Source: the human T2T-CHM13v2.0 reference genome, Homo sapiens
DNA length: 64,000 bases
Reading direction: 5' to 3' (one strand)
Assembly (NCBI RefSeq): GCF_009914755.1
Contig: NC_060933.1
The notes under the pieces were generated by a model. That model did no database searches. It had not been told where the DNA came from and was given only the letters and a program-made list of their open reading frames with translations. The translations under genes and the position numbers were made by a program. This document shows, in pieces, positions 56,601 through 64,000 of the stretch; position 1 is the stretch's first letter, and each line of letters opens with the position of its first letter.

Positions 56601-57439
56601 TGAATATGTTTCCACACAATCCGCCAATATGGAACTTTATAGTTTTTGTAATTTTTGTTGGCATAATGAGTATGGATGGTGCACTTTATTTTTTTAATTT
56701 ACGTATAATTATTTTTTAGCTAAATGCTTTTCTCTGGGTATATACACTGTTTTTTTCCTGTGCAAATTCCTTGATTTTGTTTAAAGGTTTTTATAATGAT
56801 TCATTCATTATTTGTGTTTAAGGCAATGCATTTTTATTCTGCCGCATCTGTATTTTGGGGCATAGATGACTAAAACATCATACATTGCTTTTTTCTATCC
56901 CCCATTTATTATGTTGACAATAAAGGTTTATCAGCGGAAAATTAGAATAAGGTTGTTTTTATGTTCAAATTGAAGGGCATGATTCAGGCCAAGAAAGCAC
57001 TTTTGCCTCATTAATTGGGTGTTAACCGGTGAATGTGGGTTTTTAGTCTGAATTAACAGAATGATTACTTCATACACCCCTTTAAGTAGGAGTTTTACCG
57101 TTTGGGAGATAACTTGCTGGGATAAATTTGTATTACTCCAGACTTTAGAAGTACATATTGTAAAAAGGCAAAGGCATAAAATAATAGAAAGGTAGATTAA
57201 AAAGGGGAAATCATTGAAATCCACAGAACACTAAAGAGTGTTTAAGCAAACAAAACAGTCATGGACTTTTGGTATCTTCTGTTTTCCCCTCAGTAATCAG
57301 CAATCTGAGAAGAGAAGTTGTCTAATTAAGGGCTGTAACACTTCAGCATATCCACTGTAACCTAGGGAAAAATAAGGTGGGTCCACAGTGTCCACTCAGT
57401 CCTACTGATCTCCTCTGAGCAGCCCCCACTGCATGTATA

Positions 57440-57545
57440 GCTCATAGGTTAGATTTTGCTGGTGAAGGTAGGTGTTATGCTTACCCTTATTTCATACATG
57501 AGGAAAGGTTTAGAAGTGTGAAGACCTGTCAAAGGTCACACAGCC
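57440..57545 (-). mobile_element. MIR fragment
   Basis: gtgaaggtaggtgttatgcttacccttatttcatacatgaggaaa...cctgtcaaaggtcacacagcca. Confidence 0.55.
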
Positions 57546-60500
57546 AGCGCCGCCCTCAAAGGAAAGCTCTTTGGGTAACCCAGTTTCATTCTCAGTTATT
57601 AAAAATCTGAAACATACTACAAAGTACAAAGAACGCCTCATACACCCAGCAACTAGGTACAAGAGCTATCAATATGTAGCCATATTTCTATCTATACTTT
57701 TTCTTTGCCGAAGTATTTGTATGCTCATTTTGCTCCTGTGTACTTCAATATGCAAAATGAACACATTATCTAAATAGTGGGCCCTTTTTTTTTTAGATAA
57801 CCATAATGCCTTTAATCACTTAGTAAAATAATTCTTTGATATCTTCTAATACCCAGCTTATAATCAAACTTCTTTGATTATTTCAAATAATTGGTTTACT
57901 TGAAATGAGATTCGAATAGGATTCATTTTATTTTGTTGTGATCTCTGTTAGGTCTCTTTAAATCTTTCTTATTAAAAAAATTTTTGTTTTTTGCCACTCC
58001 CTAACTCATAATTTCCTTCTCAAACTAATCTTCGATTTGTCCTCTTATACAATTCCACAAAGCAGATTAAGACTCTTCCCCTCAAGAAGCTAAAAATTTA
58101 GGGGAAGAGAACTTTACTTAGTTAGGGCATGGGGAATCAGGGATACCACCTAATAAGGAAATAGAAGTACTTAATATATTTTTAAAATCATATTTTAAAA
58201 TATGTTTTTAAAAGCCTATCTTGAGCAATACTTATTTGGACAGTGGATTTGTATTTCAAATACATCATAGCCTGTGTTTCAAGGTTAAAGAATAGAAATA
58301 GAACTCTACCTTTTTACGGTCAGCATACATTTCTAGATATCTTACTCCCTTGATTATTGGTAAAATCCATTTCATTGTTCATCACCAATGTATACAGACA
58401 AACCTAGATTTCATTCTGTCCCATTCTCCCATCATAAGGAAAAGGCTTTTCCTGGTGTAATTCACCATGAAGTATTCTTGACACCACAAGGAAGCACACT
58501 GAAACATTTAGAATATGAGCCATTCTGTAGGAAGGCTATGCCAGGTTCTGCAACAATCCTCTCTACCACTGGGTAAGCTGAATATCAATAGACAAGTCAC
58601 TTAACCTCCATGGATCTCAAGGCTGTAACTCAAGGCATTCTTCCAAGTATTTGGAATGTAGCTATTTTCTTATGTGTTATTTAGTCCTGTCCTAGAAACA
58701 AATTTTGAAATAAAAATCTTATACCATAGGTTATGTTTCAGCAATAAAGTTGGCCATACCATTAGCCAAGTAAACACAGTGGTTAGAAGTGAGGAAATCA
58801 TTTGAGGGGTTCGGTGGTAGGGTGATAAAGTATGCCTTTCAAGCATTTAACGTTATAACTCTTTCAATTTCCCAAAATAACAAAATAAGATGGTAATTTG
58901 AAATTAAGTGTTTTAGCATTGCTATTGCTTTTTAATTATTTGTTTACAAGACTTTTAGGTATTTATTTCTACCATGTATTTTACTATTTACAGTTATCAA
59001 GGAACAGTTAAGAAGTTTTGTTCTATGAATCTATGATGCAGTAATTTGTTCAGTATGAATTGATACCTGCCTCTAGGCATGTAAACTGTGTGAAACGTAA
59101 CAGGTGTCCTAATTCTAGAAAAATGTGTGGTAATTGTTTGTTTGTCAAACAGATGAATAAATATCTTTAGGGCATAGCTGGTCCTCAGGTGGTGAGCATA
59201 AATGGATTAATGATGTGAGTGACTCGGGGAGACACGCTTGTTTTGCAGCACCCTCCTCCGCCGATCGCTGAAGCAGAACAAATACTAATTAACAGGGGCG
59301 GCCTGGTTGGCAGGTTGGCTTTCTCCAGCTGATTTGGCAAAATGGTTTATTCCTTTCCCTCCATAAACCATCCCTCTTAGTTATTAGACATTTTCATACT
59401 GATGTTTAGTTAATTTCTAATTTTCTTAATTAGGATGCATTTCATCTCTTGCAAAAATATTATAACGTTTATAGTTAACATTTTTAAAAATTTAGAGGGG
59501 CCTAAGATTTAAGTTTTAATAGTTGACGCTTGAATTTCAAAAACATTTGTTTCTCAAAATGTAGATAATTCTTCCAATGGAATTATTCCAAAGAATCGTT
59601 CACCATCTTTTTTTTGTATTCTTACAGTAACACTAACCCCACTCTGGAAAAATTATAAAATCACTCATGGGGTAGTTTAATACTCTTGTTCTTCTTTCTT
59701 GAATTATTTCTGCAACACTTTCCTCTGTCCAACTTATGTATTTTGTTCTGTGGTGATTTGAAGTAGCTCAGCTATCTTCTGGGTTAAAAGACTTTCTACG
59801 CGTAGGACCCACCACTTTAATAAGGGCTGTAATTTTGGACTTAGAGAGTCATATCTGATTACTGCCATGGCAACTGCCTTGTGAAAGGGTTGAAGAGAAT
59901 TCAGGCTTCATGAGAGAGTAATAGAAAGGAAGTTTGCTGAGGAGCTGAGTAGTACTTTCTGAAAGAGTTTTTGATGCTTTTAAATAAGGTTGCTGTTAAA
60001 TGAAGATAATACAGTTATTTCAAAACTCAGTAATGCTGCTTAGACTTGGCAAATCAAAACTTGAAATGTTAGCATTGAATACTTAGTTGTTTTTCTTTGA
60101 ATCTAAATATTGAATAAAATAAGTCACATTGCTTTAACTTTATCAGATTATTCATTATTTAGAACCAATCCAATTATTTTTGTATGTAATAAATTTTACT
60201 GCTTAAAAACAGTGTAAGCTGAGAGTTCTAGTATTGTAATGTAACATAAGAAATTCCCGCTCATTTGTGATAGTTGGAATTGGTGGTTAAGTACCCTCCT
60301 CCTCCCAACCCCTGGGTTCAGTTTTGCCTCTAGTTTTCCTTCACTAGAAACTGGAGAACAACACACACATACATGTAATCCGCTCACGTGCGGTCCACCT
60401 TTCTTCCTTCACACTGTTTAATATTCCATCCCCTCTGCATCCACTAAATGTTCGTGAAAAGCTTACACTTTCCCTCCCCTTTTACAGAAATGCAGGCAGT

Positions 60501-61426
60501 GAGGTGGAAGTTAAAATGTCTTAAGTATTCTTGTTGTAAGTGAACTTTCTAAGATATGGTGATAAGGGTGAGCATGAGGAATTCTTTTTCATGGAAATGG
60601 ACTCATTATTTAATTGTATCATATCCTGAAGGATTCTTGAATCTTCTTTTTTAAATTGCTACTTTTCAAGTTGCTGACTTCACATTTGAGAATAGAAGAG
60701 GGCTGGGAGAGGGGAGGTAAATAAGTTAGTGATGCCACCCAGTGAGAGAAGCCAGTAGGCTTATATAATAAGATCTCCTTGTTATTTATTGCTCCTTATG
60801 GTCATTTTAATTATTCTAGAGAATTTTGAGAATTCTATTCACTTATCTTTTTTTAAACTTCTGTTTTTGTGAGCGACATTTGGCCTTTTGAACAACAAAA
60901 TAAAATTGGAAATGCTAATGTTTTGAGCCAACTAAAGGAGGAAAATAAAAATGTCACCATGGTAACAAAGCTGCTTTCTAGATGGTTTCCTAAGATATGC
61001 CTGAACTAGAAGCAGATGTCTGATTTGAGAATCTTGCCTCCTTCGATGTAAACAAATAACTTCTGGGCAGGTGTTGGAAATAATATGGAAATCCTATTAA
61101 GGGGCCCCGGGTTCCTGTCAGTCAGGAAACCCGTGCCACAAAAGGGCTGGTTGTCGCATAAAGGAGCAGAGTAAATTCTCATTAGGCTTGAGCTTTTCCC
61201 AGGAAATGATTGTCTCCGTGTGTTCTTTCTCCTGTGAATCTGAATGTAAGCTGTTGCTTCTATTGATCTATTCACTGGCTTTATTTTTCTCCTCTTCATT
61301 CCAGATCCTCCCTCGCCCCCACAAGCCTGTGTTCTCCCCCTCACCCACCCCTTCCCTTTAGATTAACACTTGATCTGTGCTACTGCTCTGAGAGTCGTGA
61401 CATTTGTGATTTTAACCTCCCAACCT

Positions 61427-61453
61427 GGGTGGGGGTGGGGGTGGGGGTGGGGG
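61427..61453 (+). repeat. (GGGGGT)n G-quadruplex-forming repeat
   Basis: gggtgggggtgggggtgggggtggggg: five G-runs with 1-nt loops. Confidence 0.85.
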
Positions 61454-61674
61454 TGGAGAAGGAGGGGAAAGTTAGTCTTGTTCCCTCAGCCTTTTTCACA
61501 AAGACTCTGGCTGATTGGGACTCGCACAGCTAGCGGCAACGGCAATCATGAAGACCATTCTGTGTACATTTACTTGAAGTTATATTTTTATGAATTAAGC
61601 AGAAACTAAAAGCTTGAAGAGACAGCTTTTTAGGAACTTTTAAAAACATAGATAGTTGTCTGGTAAGCCTCTGA

Positions 61675-61880
61675 GGCTGCCCTGTCCAATATGGTGTAGC
61701 CACTAGTCACATGAAGCTATTTAAAGTTAAAATGAAATAGAATTTTCAAACCCATTTTCCCAGTTATATTAGCCACATATCGAGTCCTTAGTAGCCACAC
61801 GTGGCTGTAGAAACTGCCAAAACGGCAGAGATACAGAACCTTCCCACTGCTGCAGAGAGTTCTATTGGATGATGCTGCGT
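61675..61880. mobile_element. MER3-like hAT-Charlie MITE
   Basis: gctgccctgtccaatatggtgtagccactagtcacatg...agaaccttcccactgctgcagagagttctattggatgatgctg. Confidence 0.7.
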
Positions 61881-62289
61881 CTCTGACAGACTCTGATGAG
61901 GCTTGCTGGTTCTGACATTCCTTCTGGCTAAAACTGACTCCTGATACTCAAAAGCAAGGTTCCCCTGGTTTCATAGAAAACAAGGCATGTGTGTATTCGG
62001 GTTTGGGTGGTTGATGTGGTTAGCTGCACTAATATAGTAGTGATCTTTAAATGGTTGTAGATTTTTTTTTTTTGGTCACGGAACTGGTTGAGCAATATAA
62101 ACATGGGTCTTCCCAAAATGGACCCCTAAGAGATGCAATTTAATGTTTCTAGATAGAAAGTTGTGGCAGTTTTGGGGGGAAGGGAGGAGTGCTTGAAAGC
62201 TATGCATAAGGGTGCTCTTTATAATACTCAGAAGGTTAAATGTGGATAAACACAAAACAAGGCTTCAGAAAAGCCACACTATTATTATG

Positions 62290-62460
62290 CAGCGTTTCTC
62301 GGACTATAGTCCCCGAGACGCACTTCATAAAGCCAATAAAGCGCGCACTGGTGGTCTCCCGTTGCCCTAGCAACGGGCCACGGGGCACAGTGTATGTGAA
62401 ATGCATGAACATCTGTGAATTAATCTTTTTTAGTTTGTTCTTTTCTTGGCACTGATTGGA
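62290..62460. promoter_or_regulatory. Candidate intronic promoter/enhancer: ZNF143-like site, CCAAT boxes and RFX X-box in a CpG-enriched patch
   Basis: GGACTATAGTCCCCGAGACGCAC (62301-62323), CCAAT (62333-62337), GTTGCCCTAGCAAC (62361-62374), ATTGG (62455-62459), and many CpGs relative to the flanks. Confidence 0.55.
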
Positions 62461-64000
62461 CCACTCGGGCTTGTGCCTGTGACACTGCGTGCAGAGGGGT
62501 AATCTGGAGCAGTCCCCAGGGCCTTGCCCTAAAGTGGATAGTGGAATGGAAAGTGAAGGGAGATTTATCCCGGCAGTGCATTCAGCAGTGCAGGGATTTA
62601 GCCTGACAGCACTCTCAGCGGGATGTTATTAGCTTACTTTCTGGTGCATGGGGAAATGAATAAAAATTTTTCTAGTAAATCTGGGCATTATTGGGTTTAT
62701 TGGGTTGCCCTGAAAAAATAATCTGCAGAGAAAATTGAAATAATCACTTGTGTTTGTACCACAGTTATCAGGACTTGAAAGCTGAGTTATTCCACATCCT
62801 TGGCCCAGCCCCCGCCTCAGGGATTATAACCAAACCATATTGGACTGTCACTGCTCTGAATGAGACTCCTGAATTGGATGCGTAGGCTGGAATCTGATTT
62901 GATGATAAAATCTGGTAGTAACCTAGTCTGACCTTATTTAGGGAAATTTTAAACTAAGCTGGTGACATTTTTGCCTTTGGGAGAATAGAGCAAATAATGA
63001 CTAAATACGTAAGCGTCCAGGAACAGTACTTTTGTTAGTTAGTCCCCCACCCCTGACCTCTTCTGTTCTTTCCCTCCTCCTGCCTCCCGCTGCCACTTCT
63101 TCCCTCCCTCTTTTCAAATTGCCATCCTCCTTCTAGACTTCAGCATGACTGTACAGACTGTGTTCAGTTCCTCCTGTCAATACCAGATGTTCACTTGTAA
63201 ACTGTTTTGCTCACCCTTGTCATTTTCAATTCCCTTCTCTTTTCTTCCTTTTTTCTCTTTGTGCCTCCCTTTTTTTTTCTCTCTCCATTCTTCCTTATGG
63301 GTCAACCCTCTTTCCTGGGGAGAAATGAAAGAAGAATATTACATATGAAATGTTTCACGATGGATGTAGTCTATTTGGTTAATTGTTAGGGTGAAAATTT
63401 CCTTTATAACAAATGTATTAAAACAGAAGTTCGATTGCATTAGTACTGAAAGGTATTTAGGTGGGAAGAACTCCTTGTCAATTCTGTATATGTTTTCCTT
63501 TGATTATTAAAAAGGCACAGCTATACCTCTGTATGTAGCTGAGAGATTTTTCTGATTTGTTTTTTGTTAGACAACTGACTAAAAATTATATTAATGGTTC
63601 CTGACTTTGAAACCTGTTGGTATTGACAGATGAACTTGCAGTCCAAATAAAATATTTAAATCAGTAGGTATTGATTCAGCAGCTGGAGGGCAAACAGGCC
63701 TGTACTGCATTGGGGGTGCACAGTAAAGATTAGATACAATCCCTTCCTTCAAATCATGTTCCTGTTAAAATATGGAATTGCGATATGCTGCCTTCTGAGT
63801 AGAATAAAATATATTAATGGATCGTTCTTCTTCATTTCTCAGAGCTTCTGGTGAGTCCTGAATTCTTTAAAATGTGCATATAAAACCAGTTTATGATGAT
63901 GGGAGGACTAGCTCTGAAGGCAGTCTTCCCAGGAAGCTGCCCGGGCTGATGTGCAAATGCATGCAAACATGAACCTTTAGCAAACACTGACAGTAATGCC

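Overview
Primate (almost certainly human) genomic DNA lying entirely inside the Groucho-family co-repressor gene TLE4 on the + strand. Four coding exons are recognisable by translation and GT-AG boundaries: 11039-11101, 25758-25832, 50974-51175 (NAGNAG alternative start 50971) and a 17-nt microexon at 52440-52456. They encode the end of the Q domain and the GP domain. By recollection these are about exons 5-8; the numbering is not verified. The rest is intron, containing a near-complete Tigger1, a 5'-truncated and internally deleted L1PA, a very young AluYa5, other Alus, MaLR LTRs, MER elements, MIR/L2 fragments and microsatellites. No new multi-gene system is visible. The best leads concern isoform biology: (i) read-through of the Q-domain exon into the intron gives a Q domain plus a transmembrane-like helix and basic tail, (ii) an in-frame 39-nt candidate cassette exon, (iii) inverted Alus bracketing an in-frame two-exon module (circRNA or joint-skipping prediction), (iv) several candidate stop-containing or micro exons, (v) an intronic RFX/ZNF143/CCAAT promoter-like module, and (vi) a local 170-bp duplication with a 52-bp identical block. 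All of these are sequence-based hypotheses; repeat subfamily calls come from remembered consensus sequences, not from a search.
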